NCBI GenBank assembly: GCA_951406725.2
Contig: OX597818.1
Coordinates: 61,256,001-61,320,000 of the forward strand
Origin: Octopus vulgaris
Lineage: Eukaryota
Length of the DNA stretch: 64,000 nucleotides
Direction: 5' to 3'
Both the position numbers and the translations under genes were made by a program. Within the stretch, counting starts at the first letter, position 1. Each line of letters begins with the position of its first letter. The notes beneath the pieces are model-generated. The model had not been told where the DNA came from. It made no database searches and saw only the letters and a program-made list of their open reading frames with translations. Positions 36,546 to 50,095 of the stretch are shown here, piece by piece.

Positions 36546-38032
36546 TTTTCCCCCCACAAGTCATCGGTTCTAACACAAAAAGTCCAAAAATGTACAACTC
36601 TATGGCAGTGATATATAGACTGTAAAAACACGAAGCTTGCATTAGCAGATGAGAAATATGAGTATTTATAGAATATTAAACATAAATTTCAACAGTAAGT
36701 AATTGTGATTTAGGTTGAAAATTAACATCTCTAGATATGACATGTACAAGCGAAAAATAGAAGCAGCATGGCAGGAGGAGGAGAATAAATAATTAAAAGT
36801 TTGGTAATAGTGAAACGGCTTAGCTTCGATGTTAGATTGTGATCAAACGAGGGTAGACTGGATGGAATGAGGAAGAAAATTGGAAGATAACTTAGACTCA
36901 ACTATTTAAAGACATCATGAAAACAATGAATGTAGAATGTCACAGCGGTCAGTGATATAATGGAATCTATATTTAGTGAATAAAACTGCAGCTTTGCTTA
37001 CAAGTGAGTCTTACAATACATTCTGTACTTCAGCATCATAATGCTCTCGAAATGTTACTTGTAATAAATGTTAGTTCTCTGAATGTAATATTAAAAATTG
37101 ATATGAAAACATTTTGCAGTTGTTTTTCTTTTCTTTTTATTATTATTATTATTATATTCTCAAAAAAAAACATTCAGCAGTGATCAATTAACGTTTGAAG
37201 ATTTTGTATAAACAATGATAATTATTATGATTAAATCTTAAGAACCTAATTTCACACGTATTTAAACAAAAATGTGTCAGTGGTACTATAACTATTTTTG
37301 CTTGGACTGTTATAGAATACTTTTTAGTAAATTGGTATGATGAAATGAAAATTTGAAAAGAAAAAAAAAAAATATCAGTATACATTATTTTATCCAATCT
37401 GTATTTGACTTGGATGAAAAAGAATCATTCAATTCCTCAGTGAAAACAAAAAAAATCAAAAAAAAAATCAGAAACAAAGAACATTAGCAACCATATTGAA
37501 CAGTGCCAAATTTCTTTTCTTTAATAAATGTGAAAATACACTTCTTTAGCAAAAAAAGTTTTCATTACTTTACTGTTAAAATGAAGTGCTCTGTACTAAG
37601 CACTCAACATGTCATAGTGTAATAAAAGATACAGATGTGCACACATACATACATGCACACATATAGATGTGCACACATACCACACATACATACGCACATA
37701 CCACACACACACACCTATATACAGACATACATGCACATATGTACAAATTCCCCCTCTGTATACAGATCTATCCTTCTAACCTCCTTACTGTTCTAACCAC
37801 ATATATATATTGACATTTTGCCATCAATTTCTTTATATCTTTGAAATGCCTTGACTGAGGAAGGTTTACCTAATGGATGCATTTCCTAATGTCTATTATT
37901 CAAAACTGAATTGTGTGTATTACATGATTCCAAAATATCATTATTTCGTTTGACTTCATTATTACAACTACAGATACATAGTCGTTAGTGACAAGATTAA
38001 CCTGCCCTTCATAGCCATTTGTTGATTAATAT

Positions 38033-38498
38033 AAGGCGGCAAGCTGGCAGAAACGTTAGCATGTCGGGTGAAATGCTAAGTGGTTATTTTGTCTGCCTTT
38101 ACATTCTGAGTTCAAATTCCGCTGAGGTCGACTTTGCCTTTCATCCTTTTGGGGTCGATAAATTAAGTACCAGTTGCGTACTAAAATCAATCTAATCGAC
38201 TGGCCCCTTGCCCCCAAATTTCGGGCCTTGTGCCTAGAGTAGAAAATAATATTTGGTATGTGTAGGGCAGTGATCTAGCAGAATTGTTAGCACATTGGGC
38301 AAAATGCTTCTTGGTATTTTGTCTGCCATTACGTTCTGAGTTCAAATTCTGCCGAGGTCAACTTTGCTTTTCATCCTTTCGGAGTTGATTAAATAAGTAC
38401 TAGTTATGCACTGGGGTCAAAGTAATTGACTTAATCCCTTTGTCTGTCCTTGTTTGTCCCCTCTATGTTTAGCCCCTTGTGGGCAATAAAGAAATAAG
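38033..38498 (+). mobile_element. Two adjacent Nin-domain tRNA-SINEs with different 3' tails
   Basis: 38033-38245 ends GGCCTTGTGCCTAGAGTAGAAA. About 38263-38498 has its own head and ends TAGCCCCTTGTGGGCAATAAAGAAATAAG. Confidence 0.85.
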
Positions 38499-40804
38499 AA
38501 ACTGAAAGAAGCCCAGTGTGTGTGTGTGTTACTGTCTTCTTGCCTTTGACATCACATGATAGTTGCGAGTGTCACCAACATGGAAGCTCAAATTTCCTCT
38601 GACAACTGTTCAGAACCTGTACAAGTCAATCCTTAAACAGCACATTAAATCCGTGATTGTTTCCATATTAAATAATAAAACTTCTATTTAACAGGGTGTG
38701 TATTCATTATTTAGTCCAACACCTTATATGAACATAGACACAGGAACACATTGTACCGTTAGATATATTTTCTGTTTCAAGTAGATATTTCAGTACACAC
38801 ACATAAAGGTGACAAATATATTGTGAAACAGTACGAGAAAAAGGAAGGTTTGTTTTGAAAGTAGCTGAATTCATTTCAAATCCATTGCTCATTCAAAGTT
38901 CATTTGTATATTCATGTGTGACATTTAAAATAAATTGATTGAAGATGGATATGAAAGAAAATCAAAAAAATAATGTTGAGAAGTAAAACTGCAACAAAAA
39001 TCTGATTAGAGCTGACATTTAAAATGTTAGACCAGAAAAATATTGAAGTATTTTCTAATTACAAACCTGTGAACTAAACAAATCAGGTTTACTTTTTCTA
39101 AGAGCATAAAGTGGATTCCTTACAATACAGTTTCCCTTGCCTTTCAGATCCAAATATTAAGTTGCACAAATATGTTTCTTAGAGAACAATTTGAAGGTTA
39201 CTTCATTGAATTTATTGAAATATTTTCTGAGAATTTATTTACTCCCATCATTCGTCAGAACATGAAGTATTAATCAAATGTGAATGTGATAAAGTACATA
39301 TGCAAACACTTAACCATTCAAAAGTATACATTATGAAATATCAATTATCATGATGAAACAGATAAATTTTGCATATTGTTCACTATAAGTAAAATTCGAA
39401 TATTAATTGTCATCTCAGTCCTTTCCCAGATGTTATTAAAACCTAAAATGCTAAAATGCCTAGCAAAGGGTCACAGCAATTGTCTTGACTTATTGGAAAT
39501 CAATGTGTAAAATGTAGTTAATAACAAACCTGAAAGCATAATATATTCAAATTGGTGATAATACAGGAAAGCAAGGAGCATGTATAAAACATAATCCATC
39601 TCCAGACATATGGGAAAATTATTGCATGTAAGATTTCCAATATTTTAAAATCTCTGTAAGGACTAATCTTAAATACAGAACATGAAATATCTTCACACAA
39701 TAGATACTTACAGTCTGGCTCTTATTTCTTTTATGTGTTTCAGTGATGTAGCTGTGGTCATGCTGGGGCACCACCATCTTTGTATACAAAGACTTGGGTG
39801 TGTGTGGGGGCACCTCAGCACCAGTGAGTTTTGCCTGATCAGCCACAAACTACATTTAACAATTTTAAGAGAGTCGTCTCACAACTATTTTCGACTAAAT
39901 CATCCAGAATAAACTCCATCACACCACTAACATTCATTTTACAACTCTTAATTCATAAAGTTTGTTTTGAACAGCTCAGTTTTAATTTATCAATGAGATC
40001 TCTCTCTCTCTCCCTCACTTATTCACAAACCAACATTATTTCACTGAATGCACAACACTGTAATTTGTCTTGAAGAGAACAAAAACAAACAAATTCTCTG
40101 CTTTGCACTAAAGCATAGAATCATAGAATCTCTGAATCATGACCTCTCTGCTATTGTACTTAGCATTTTATAATACAAAGAAAATTACACTCCTTACTCT
40201 TGAGATATCAACCAATAGAGCTGATGTTTTTTTTTAATCCCCTTGTTAATCATCTAATTGAATTTCATAGTATATTGTAAACATTTAAAATTAAGAGATT
40301 AGACAGAAAAAGTTGAAATTTAATATACAGAGCTCCACACACAGACTTGCCCATATACACATAGAGAAACACACTCATATGTAGATACACATATCAATAT
40401 ATATATCATCATCATCATCATCATATATATATATATATATATTTTATGTAATATGATATTTGTTTATATTACATGTTCTCCTGTAAGTAATATACAACAA
40501 TAAAATTGAAACCAGTTCAGAAAATTTAAAAAGAAGACAACAACTATAAGCAGCCGAAATATGTAGAAATGCGATGTTTAGTTATTACTTTAATATGGGA
40601 AATGCTTTGAGCAAATAAATTTACCATTGTATTATTGTGGAATTGTTATGTACTGTGATTAGGCATATAATACAAGAATAGCTAATCTATTATTTTAATC
40701 AGGTCATGATTATATATTGTTTGGGCACTGATTTCAGAGTTTTACATAACCGTTTCGCAAACTTAGAAAAGTCCAAATTAACCTCAGCTGAATTGAAACG
40801 GTCT

Positions 40805-40838
<34 letters not shown>

Positions 40839-40924
40839 TACTTGTGAACTCATCTGATAGACATTTTCATAAATAAATTTAGGTCATGTAGCAAAGATGT
40901 TACGCCCAATTTTGCAGAACCTTT

Positions 40925-41345
40925 GACAGAACCCATGCTGAATCACTAACTGCAAGTGAACTGTCATCCATGGAAACACATTGTGATTCTCTGTGACACA
41001 TTGTCTTGGAATCTGGAACACCTCAAGTCTCTGGTCTACATGCCACAGAACATTGGCAAACTTCTTCCAGTCTGCTTTTCCTCTAACTAAATATACCTGT
41101 CTCCTAGCTTCCCTTCTTACAACCTGATACAGTTTGCTGCTACCACCACTCTTCCAGGCCTGTTTCTTTGCTGTAATGGCTCCGTCTAGCACACTGCTCC
41201 ATCACCAGGTTACCTTAGATCTGGATGGGACTTTGCACCAGCCATAGTTTGTCAGTGGCCTTCATTAAGTTATCTAGTAGGAACCTCCCGGTCTCTTCAA
41301 TGTTATACATTACTACCACCTTTACCTTCTCGTCAAATGCTTCAT
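40925..41345 (-). mobile_element. RTE-clade LINE ORF fragment (region between endonuclease and RT), degraded
   Basis: ..GAITAKKQAWKSGGSSKLYQVVRREARRQVYLVRGKADWKKFANVL...RLEVFQIPRQCV resembles the RTE linker region. Confidence 0.65.
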
Positions 41346-42955
41346 CAATGAAGTTATTAAATCAAAATCGAGTTTTGCTGAAATATGTATTTAAATGAGA
41401 AGCAACTACCTACTGATCATACAGGTTCACTTGAGCAGCAGATGTGACATTTTCTTTCTCAGTCACATGCAAAATTGTGGATAAAAGAAGCTCAACGTTC
41501 ATAATTTTATAAGTATGCTTAGATAATGGGTGAAGCCCTTATAAAGCGAAAAGGTTAATGATATAAAACAAATACAAAAGGGAAACTAATTTCTTTGAAA
41601 GCGTTTCTATTTAGCTTTATATTTCAATCAATCAAATAGATATGAAACTATAAATATTGGAAAACTTTCAAATGGTAAACATTTCAAATTCATAGCATCC
41701 ATATTCCTACAACATTTTAATTCATCTCATACTTATCTCTGGTTATTCTTATTTTATCAATAAACTCTAATGAACCAAAAGCAAAAAAGTTGACTATCTA
41801 AAGAAAATATTTAAGAAATATTCATTTCTTTAAAAATCAGGTTTCTTTTATCTAAATAAATGCATCAAAATTATGGAAAATCAAAATTTAGGCCATAATA
41901 TTTTGAGAAGAAATGTAATTCCTTTCAGTAATATTTAAAATGCTGTTAAAATAACAATTTATTCTTTTTCAAATTCTTGAGATCTCTTTATTTAAATAAA
42001 AACCATTACAATTTGAAAATTCCTCAGAAACCATAATCGAAGATTCTAAAAATAACTGTTTTATGCAATCTTTAAAATTTTATAGAATTTTACACAAAAG
42101 ATGGCCTACAATGATAAATGGCTTTTTGGGGTTGTTGTATATTTATTAAATTAAATGACAACTACTTTAAAATATATCTCAGAGTGAGATATATTTCATA
42201 ATATCGATAAAAAAAACAAAACTGAATGAAAAGGTAGGCCATAGTCATGAAAATCAAAATGCTAAATTTATTGAAACTTTTTTCCTCTTTCCTTGTTTAA
42301 TCTGAGTCGCATATAGTTTAGCTTTCAGCTCTTATCCCATTCTAAACCAGTTTTATAATTGATAAATCATCCAATAATCGTTTCACTACAAAGATTCTAT
42401 TAGCTAGAAAAAATGCGTAGAGAACATAGAGTTATATTATGGAATAAAATCATACGGTTGTATTCAGAAATATTTTTTTCAATATAATGCAATGGCTTTA
42501 AGTTTACATCCAAAAGCAGCAACTGTATGGTTATGTAGTTTGAATATGTTACAGAAAGCATCAATAATTATTCATACTTTAGTATGAATTCTTCAGTTGA
42601 ATAGACCCCTTTCATGTCCAATGCCAACTTTTAAAGTTAGCCACAGTTTTATCGTTTGGAAATTGGGTTTTTCTTATTTTTTTTTTTTTTGTTTTGGTTT
42701 ATCTTTTGTTTTGCCTGTGGGGTAATCAAGTTTTCTCGTCCAAAAGTGTAGAAAATGCCCATGAGAAATAGAGAAATTCTTAAATCTATTTATAACTGTT
42801 CTTACTTTGGTAGAATGTTTTCTTTACAAATTAGGTTATTTGCATATGAATTGTTAAAACAAGAGTTTTTAGAGATCAATACAGTCATTAGTGCTAAACA
42901 ACTCAACTTGCACTCATGTAGTAGATTAATAATTTAACCGAATGGTCTGTATATA

Positions 42956-43075
42956 TTTACACCACAAATAGACCAATCTCGGCAATATGCAAAAGCAGCC
43001 AGTGACAAAGGAGGAACAGCAACTTTAATCTGTAAAGCAGATGGAGCCCCTCTTATAACATTTTCCTGGTCAAAG
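42956..43075 (+). CDS. Exon or exon relic encoding the N-terminal half of an Ig domain, nephrin/Sns/Hibris-like
   Basis: Frame 42956-43075 gives FTPQIDQSRQYAKAASDKGGTATLICKADGAPLITFSWSK, with the Ig B-strand L.C, G.P and C-strand F.W. The P.ID.S....AA prefix is typical of a late nephrin-family Ig domain. Donor is AAG|GTAAT at 43076. The only AG after the upstream in-frame stop (42935-37) is at 42970-71. Confidence 0.75.
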
Positions 43076-43149
43076 GTAATACTTTTAATCATTTAATGAG
43101 TAGCATATGAGTTAATTTCATTACTTTCTTTCAGCGTCGAAATATATAT

Positions 43150-43766
43150 GGCACTTGTGCCAGTGGCATGTGAAAAAATTTTCAAGTAAGTGAAAAAATA
43201 TTCATTGCCAGTGCCGCTGGACTGGCTCCTGTGCAGGTGGCACATAAAAAACACCATTTGAGCATGGTTGTTGCCAGTACCACCTTACTGGCCCTTGTGC
43301 TGGTGGCACATGAAAAAATATTCGAGCGAGGTCATTGCCACTGTCGCTGGACTGGCTCCTATGCAGGTGGCAAATAAAAAGCAGCTTTTGAGCGTGGCTG
43401 TTGCCAGTACCGCCTGACCTGGCCCTCGTGCTGGTGGCATGTAAAAGCACCCACTACACTCTCAGAGTGGTTGGCATTAGGAAGGGCATCCAACTGTAGG
43501 AACTCTGCCAGATCAGATTGGAGCCTGGTGCAGCCATCTGGTTTGCCAGTCCTCAGTCAAATCGTCCAACCCAACTTGTTTCAGTCATTTGACTGTGGCC
43601 ATGCTGGAGCACCGCCTTTAGTCGACCAAATCAACCCCAGGACTTATTCTTTGTAAGCCTAGTACTTATTCTATCGGTCTCTTTTGCAGAACCCCTAAGT
43701 TACGGGGACATAAACACACCACCATCAGTTGTCAAGCGATGTGGGGGGGGGAACACAGACACACAC

Positions 43767-43801
<35 letters not shown>

Positions 43802-44752
43802 TATACAATTTAATAAATAAAGCATATGCATACATATATGTACATACCTACATCTATATGTATATATACATGCATATATGAGTACAGGACACTACAAATA
43901 AACGTAGAACACAACGAGAAATGAAAACATAAAACCAAACAAGGAAACAGACTTTTTTTAACAACGAAAAAACAGAGTACAAGACGCCGTCTGTCAGCCT
44001 CGGGCCGTCTGTCAGCCTCGGGCCGTCTGTCAGCCTCGTCTGGCACCTGTGTCGGTGGCACATAAAAACACCATCCGAGCATGGCCGTCTGCCAGCCTCG
44101 CCTGGCACCTGTGTCGGTGGCACATAAAAATCACCCACTACACTCTCGGAGTGGTTGGCGTTAGGAAGGGCATCCAGCTGTAGAAACACTGCCAGATCTG
44201 ACTGGCCTGGTGCAGCCTTCGAGCTTGCCAGACCCCAGTTGAACCGTCCAACCCATGCTAGCATGGAAAGCGGACGTTAAACGATGATGATGATGATGAT
44301 GATGATATATATATCTCTCTATATATAAACGGCAGTTTGTCTGTGCGTGTTTCTGTGTGTCTGTTTTCTCGTACCCTCACCCTGACCACGGCTTTCAACC
44401 GATTCTGATGAAACTTGACACACACATAGCCCAATGTCATAATTCAAAACTAACGCAGCGAAAATTTTGAAAAGTTCCCCCAGTTCTGAAAAAAATCGAT
44501 AAAATCGACATGGGGTCGAGAATCAGAAACAAACCACAGACTGTCTAGGGGACGCAACTCAACCTTTTTTAACTCAAAAAAAATTTACCATCATTTTTTT
44601 GCTATTTTTTGGCTATAACTCTCTAAAAATGCTTTATAGTTATTTCCCTTACAAACCTGAGCAACGCCGGGCGATACTGCTAGTATATATATATATATGA
44701 CGGGCTTCTTTCATGGAAAGTGGATGTTAAACAATTATGATGATGATGATGA
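43150..44752. mobile_element. Nested cluster: RTE-tailed element interrupted by a minus-strand CORE-SINE that itself contains further insertions
   Basis: RTE-type body 43150-43573 resumes at about 44712 (TGGAAAGTGGATGTTAAAC..(GAT)n). The CORE-SINE tail at 43574-43800 resumes at about 44690-44712 (GACGGGCTTCTTTCA). Between them lie an unclassified fragment (43880-43985), an RTE-tailed element (43985-44305) and a Helitron. Confidence 0.8.
44314..44683 (+). mobile_element. Non-autonomous Helitron
   Basis: A|TC start, hairpin CCTGAGC-AAC-GCCGGG and CTAG|T end. Highly similar to 58417-58801. Confidence 0.87.
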
Positions 44753-45962
44753 TATAAATGGATAAATATAATGACCACAAAGACGCATAAAAGACGCAGT
44801 ACTATTTCTAGTAGACTGACATGAAAGCACCAACACTAGTGCATACCAACATGTTGATTTCCATTTACAAAATGTAAATATACACATCAACAATGCTGAG
44901 ACATCTGTAACAAGGCACATAAAACAAATACTCTCTACACTGCATCTATGAAAAAGCCATCTGATTGATATAAACTCAAGCTTAGACCAGCCTCTGACCT
45001 CAAGCTGAGCTGTTCTCTTTGTCTTTCCTATCATAGCTTTATTGGCCTCTTTTCCTCTAGAAACAATTAACTTTACTCCATGCCACGCAAAAGAAATCAA
45101 TGCAATTGTTTCTTGTACTATTTTCTCCCCTTTGCGTATCAATTCCCAGATCTGTAATAAACAATCTCTATTCTTCCTTCACAGAAAGCACAGCTCTTTG
45201 GACTCCTCCCCCCTCCCTCCCCCGCCCCGCCGCCTCTCCTCACTCGCATTCTGCTGCTGCTATCTAATCTGCAATGCCAGTCATCTTTGCAACGGAGATG
45301 ACTGAGAAGGAATTAACAAGCATGCAAACGAATACGATTCTAAGTGGAGAGCTGGGAGTTGGCAGTGGAACGGCAGCTGAAATAGACCCAAGGGTTACAG
45401 AAGACGTAAAAATTAGGATGTTCAGATAACCCAATACAGGATTAGTATATATGGAATTAAATTGTGTGTGTGTGTGTGTGTGTGTGTTAATACATAATAT
45501 GCATAAACTCATCCACAGGAGACACTTTAAAAGATAATCACCAAGAATCTTTTAGAATTATAGATGGAAACAATAATAAAAAAAGATAACAGCTTTCTCT
45601 AAGAAGTGATTACTAAGTTTAATGGTCAGCAAACCTGAGAGACTGGTACAAAAATAAGTATCGCAGTTTAATATTGAACACACAAAAATATAAAACTTGT
45701 CATCTTAATACATAAAACTATATATATATATATCTATGAGGATGTATCAATTTCTCAGCTACAGTTTTCCATATACATATAAGAAACCAAGGTTATAAGC
45801 TATGTGACATTTTCTTAAATTTGCTGTTTTGTAACTCCCAGCTGGAAAAAAATGACTATAGTATACCCCTAAGTACTAAAAAGGCATTGAAATAATTCAT
45901 TAATGTAAAATATGCATACTTTTCTTTTTAAAAGTTCACGGAAAATTATCTGAAAAGTTTTA

Positions 45963-46359
45963 AGGAGTGGCTGTGTGGTAAGTAGCTTGCTTACCAACCA
46001 CAATGTTCTGGGTTCAGTCCCACTGCGTGCCACCTTGGGCAAGTGTCTTCTACTATAGCCTCGGGCCAACCAAAGCCATGTGAGTGGATTTGGTAGATGG
46101 AAACTGAAAGAAGCCCGTCGTATATATATATGTGTGTGTGTGTGTGTGAGTGTGTCTGTGTCTGTGTTTGCCCCCCCCCCCCAACATCGCTTGACAAGCG
46201 ATGCTCGTGTGTTTACATCCCTGTAACTTAGCAGTTCGGCAAAAGAGACCGATAGAATAAGTACTAGGTTTACAAAGAATAAGTCCTGGGGTTGATTTGC
46301 TCAAATAAAGGTGGTGCTCCAGCATGGCCGCTGACAAGTGACTGAAACATGTAAGAGAG
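45963..46359 (+). mobile_element. tRNA-derived CORE-type SINE, full length
   Basis: Near-identical to the other copies. Confidence 0.92.
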
Positions 46360-46859
46360 TGTAATACTTGATTTCTTCAATGCAATATGTACAAGCACAC
46401 ACATGTAATATACCTGAATGTAACATGGATTTATACAAATAATAGCCCCTACACTTTTTTTACCACATGTGTATTGAGCACTTTAATGCTTACACATGTA
46501 AACCTATAACATACACTCACACACACACGCACACATTCACACACACCTGTGTGTATATGCTAGCATTTAGTCACATGCACACAAATAGAAGTAAAGTATA
46601 TTTCTTAATCTCATGTTTGCAGTAAGAATAGGTCAACTATCATCCTATTATTATGCATAATAAAGTTGGAGTACAGTGAAAAGCTCCAATGAATCACAGC
46701 TAAATAAGTGCAATGAGATGAAATATAAACTTCTTAGAATACCAAACACAGTTAAAAATAACTCACATCACTGATCTCCAACAAATAAAGCCATCATTCA
46801 GAAATAAAATAATGCTACAAATACTTCTCTTGTAGTTTTTATTCATTAGTTAATCAGAA

Positions 46860-47390
46860 GAGTAGGGACAATGTTCATAGCTTTTTCCAGCTTGGAAAAG
46901 ATTTAAGAATAGACGGAGTCGATATGCTTGATGTTCGGTTTTAAAGTATATAAATACAAGAATATCTGGTATCTAAGTGAAAAGAAAATGCCAGAGGAAT
47001 GGATTTTTAGGAAAGCATTGAGGATAAGTGTACAGGATAAATACAAGAATGTGTGGATAAACAGAAGTGTTTTGTAGGGTTGTATCGGAGTAGTATATAA
47101 TTGTCAGATGAGAGGTATAGGGACCATTCTCACAATGCTAAAAGTGCCGGTGGACACCGGGCTTAATGAGTTGGGCTATAAGGATTCCTCTATCAAGCAT
47201 CACTCAGCATGTATATCTGACACTAACACAGGTAGAAATATGTAAAGAGATCATTATCAGGTAAGGGTGTCTTGAAGAGTGTCAATAACCGATTTGTCTG
47301 CTGCAGAGAATTTCCTACTCCCTATCAGAATTAGTCCCCTATTTCTTGTTTTAATGAACCAACTGACTGAAATCTATTTCAGCCCAAGCA
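46860..47390 (-). mobile_element. Probable old LINE relic (CR1/L2-like), heavily degraded
   Basis: Higher-GC segment with only weak resemblance to LINE ORF2 3' regions and no intact frame. Confidence 0.3.
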
Positions 47391-48264
47391 TTCTTTTATA
47401 AATGAAAGGTAAAATTTATCCAACTCAAGTACAGTGTCCAATAAAGTATTTTAATAATCTTACACGACCTGAAGTAGAACTCAATTACATGTGAGCTATT
47501 TGTTTGAGTTACCTTTACAGGTAAGGTTACGTGGGAGAAGTCAGTAACTACAATGGTATCTATTTGTGTGAATTGATTATTTTCATAACAAAATCGAGAG
47601 AAAAACAACAAACCTTATTGCTTTCATAGAAAATGAGACATATTTGTTGTAAGTGTATATTTTTAACAGCAACTTTCATATATTACACATTTTCCATAGC
47701 ATAATAACTACAATAATTAAATAGAAATACAACGAAAAATTGTGTTAGATTTACAATAAAACGCCCAATAATAATAATAAAAGTTTAGTCATCAATCATA
47801 AATCTTTAGTGTTTTCTAGATGCTGAGAAATGACACGTTTTGACATTCACCTCTTTTCCTAATTATACTAACAAAAATAATTGAAATGCAACCACCAATT
47901 GCTTCCAGATTCATCTCATTCAGACCTACCACTACACAAAGCTACCCGCAGTAATATGCAAAAGGTCAAAATACAGTCCTACCAATCAACTAATGATACA
48001 ACAGAACTATAATATTCGTTCCACCTTTGTTTTTTTTTTTTTACTAATGATAATAGATAATACAAACACAGTGAAAGATTACAGATGACCTTTGTTTGCT
48101 TAGAACTTACTGGTACATATAATAGTCACCATTGTAACTACACTGTTTCCCAGAGGCATATCAATGCAACAAATACAGAAAATTTACAGTTGCTAAATTA
48201 TAGATGTTGTTTAGTTTACGAAGGACACAATTTTATGTTTTAAATTTTTTATCTCTTTACTATT

Positions 48265-48885
48265 AACTTTTACATGTTTCAGTCACTGGACTGCAGCCAT
48301 GTTCAGTTGTTGCCTTGAAGAACTCGGCGCAACAAATTGACCCTGGTACCTTTACTCTTCCTTTTTTTTTCAATCAGTCTCTTTTGCCAAACCTCTAAGT
48401 TGCAGAAGCATAAACAAACCAACACCAGTAGTGTGGGACAAAAGGTGTTTTTTATGTGCTACCTGCACGGGAGCCAGTCCAGCAGTACTAGCAATGACCA
48501 CGCTAGAATGTTGTTTTTCACATGCCACTGGCATGTGCCGGTAAGGCAACACTGGCAGCGATCACACTCGAATGGTACTTTTTTACGTGCTACCTGCACA
48601 GGAGCCAGTCAGTGACCTTGGCAATGATCACGCTCAGATGTGCTTTTAACGTTCCAATGGCACGAGTGCCAGTCAGACGGTACTGTTAACAGTACCGTCT
48701 GATTGGCACATATACACACATATATGATGGGCAGCCTCTAAGTTTCTGGCAACTAAATTTACTTACAAGGCATTGATCAACCTGGAGTTACACCTGAAGA
48801 CACTTGGCCAAGGTGTTATGGCAATGGGACTGAACTCAAAGCTACGCAGTTGCAAAGTGAACTTAACTACACAGCCATACCTGCG
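48265..48885 (-). mobile_element. Old CORE-type SINE with RTE-type internal repeats inserted
   Basis: Tail GTTTCAGTCA.TGGACTGCAGCCATG at about 48276 and head ACACTTG.CCAAGGTG...GGGACTGAAC at about 48800-48880. Repeat units occupy about 48435-48690. Confidence 0.7.
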
Positions 48886-49800
48886 TCTGTGAAACAATTC
48901 CAGAAAATTATTCACAAACATATACATACAAAAAAAAAAAAAAAGAAAGAAGAGTTAGAAATGTGATTCTTTGAAAATAATTCTATACGCAAATATGACA
49001 TGTACAGATAATTTTATTTTACTTTTGTCATTTCTTCATTGAGTGAGTAATCTTTATGAAATGATGAATATACTATTAGCACTAATTAACCTGAAGCATA
49101 TATTTAATTATATTATCACCGAGTAGCATATGCTGCAGAAACAGCAAGTGAAATAAAAGATTAAATAGATGCTTTCAATTAGTTGCTGGCATCAATCCAT
49201 CTTGTATGACTTCACTGTCTGTGGCTTGAAACACTGAAACCCAAATGAATAAGTCCTGCTAGCAAATTAAACATACATTTATAAGTCATTAGATTCAATG
49301 AGAAATGAATTTAAAACTTTAAAAAATTGCCTTTAATGTAATATATTTCTAATCCTGACTGATCTTTTGGCAACAATCTTAAAGAAAGCACTGACTTTAA
49401 GAAAAGATAGGTCACTGTTAATGGGATTACTTTTGTAATTTGGTCTCAAAAGAAATGGCATGAAAGAGAAAGATATTAAGAATCTGATGAGGATCAAAAA
49501 TGATTTAAGATAAAATATAAGTATGCTTTGATATAGACAATAATAAAAGAATTATCTTTAAATAAGTCTAATGGAAAATGGATTTATATCTTTAAAAATA
49601 TTTGATCTCAGCTTTGCCACTGTCACCAGCAACTGACAAAGTTTAGATATGGATCATCTAACTGAAAGAAAAACCAAAAACCAGTACAGCAGTTCTATAC
49701 AATGGAAACCAGCATGTCTTCCCTCAAAGCTACCATACAAGCACAAGGAAGGAAGGAGAAAGACTTCCCTTGGACCCTGGCAGATATGGAGAGAGAAACC

Positions 49801-50095
49801 TCATCATCATCATCATCGTTTAACGTCCGTTTTCCACGCTAGCACGGGTTGGACGGTTCGACCGGGGCCTGGGAAGCCAGAAGGCTGCACCAGGCTCCAG
49901 TCTGATCTGGCAGAGTTTCTACAGCTGGATGCCCTTCTTAACGCCAACCACTCTGAGAGTGTAGTGGGTGCTTTTTATGTGCCACCTGCACAGGTGCCAG
50001 GGGGGTCCGGCATCGGCCACGATCGGTTGGAGCTTTTAACGTGCCACCGGCACGGAAGCCAGCCAAGGCGGCGCTGGCAATGGCCACGTTCGGAT
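49801..50095 (-). mobile_element. RTE-tailed SINE-like element
   Basis: (CAT)nCGTTTAACGTCCGTTTTCCACGCTAGCACGGGTTGGACG... Confidence 0.88.

Noticed and set aside
47495-47526. Recursive-splice-site-like YAG|GTRAG motifs (47520, also 12820 and 19940)
   Set aside because: Similar motifs occur on the opposite strand (e.g. near 2655) and the pyrimidine tracts are modest. They cannot be distinguished from background without nascent RNA data.
49480-49510. Other CTGANGA occurrences as hammerheads (also near 24775, 26798, 44406, 51935, 56016)
   Set aside because: They lack a properly placed GAAA, stem II or stem I/III complementarity.
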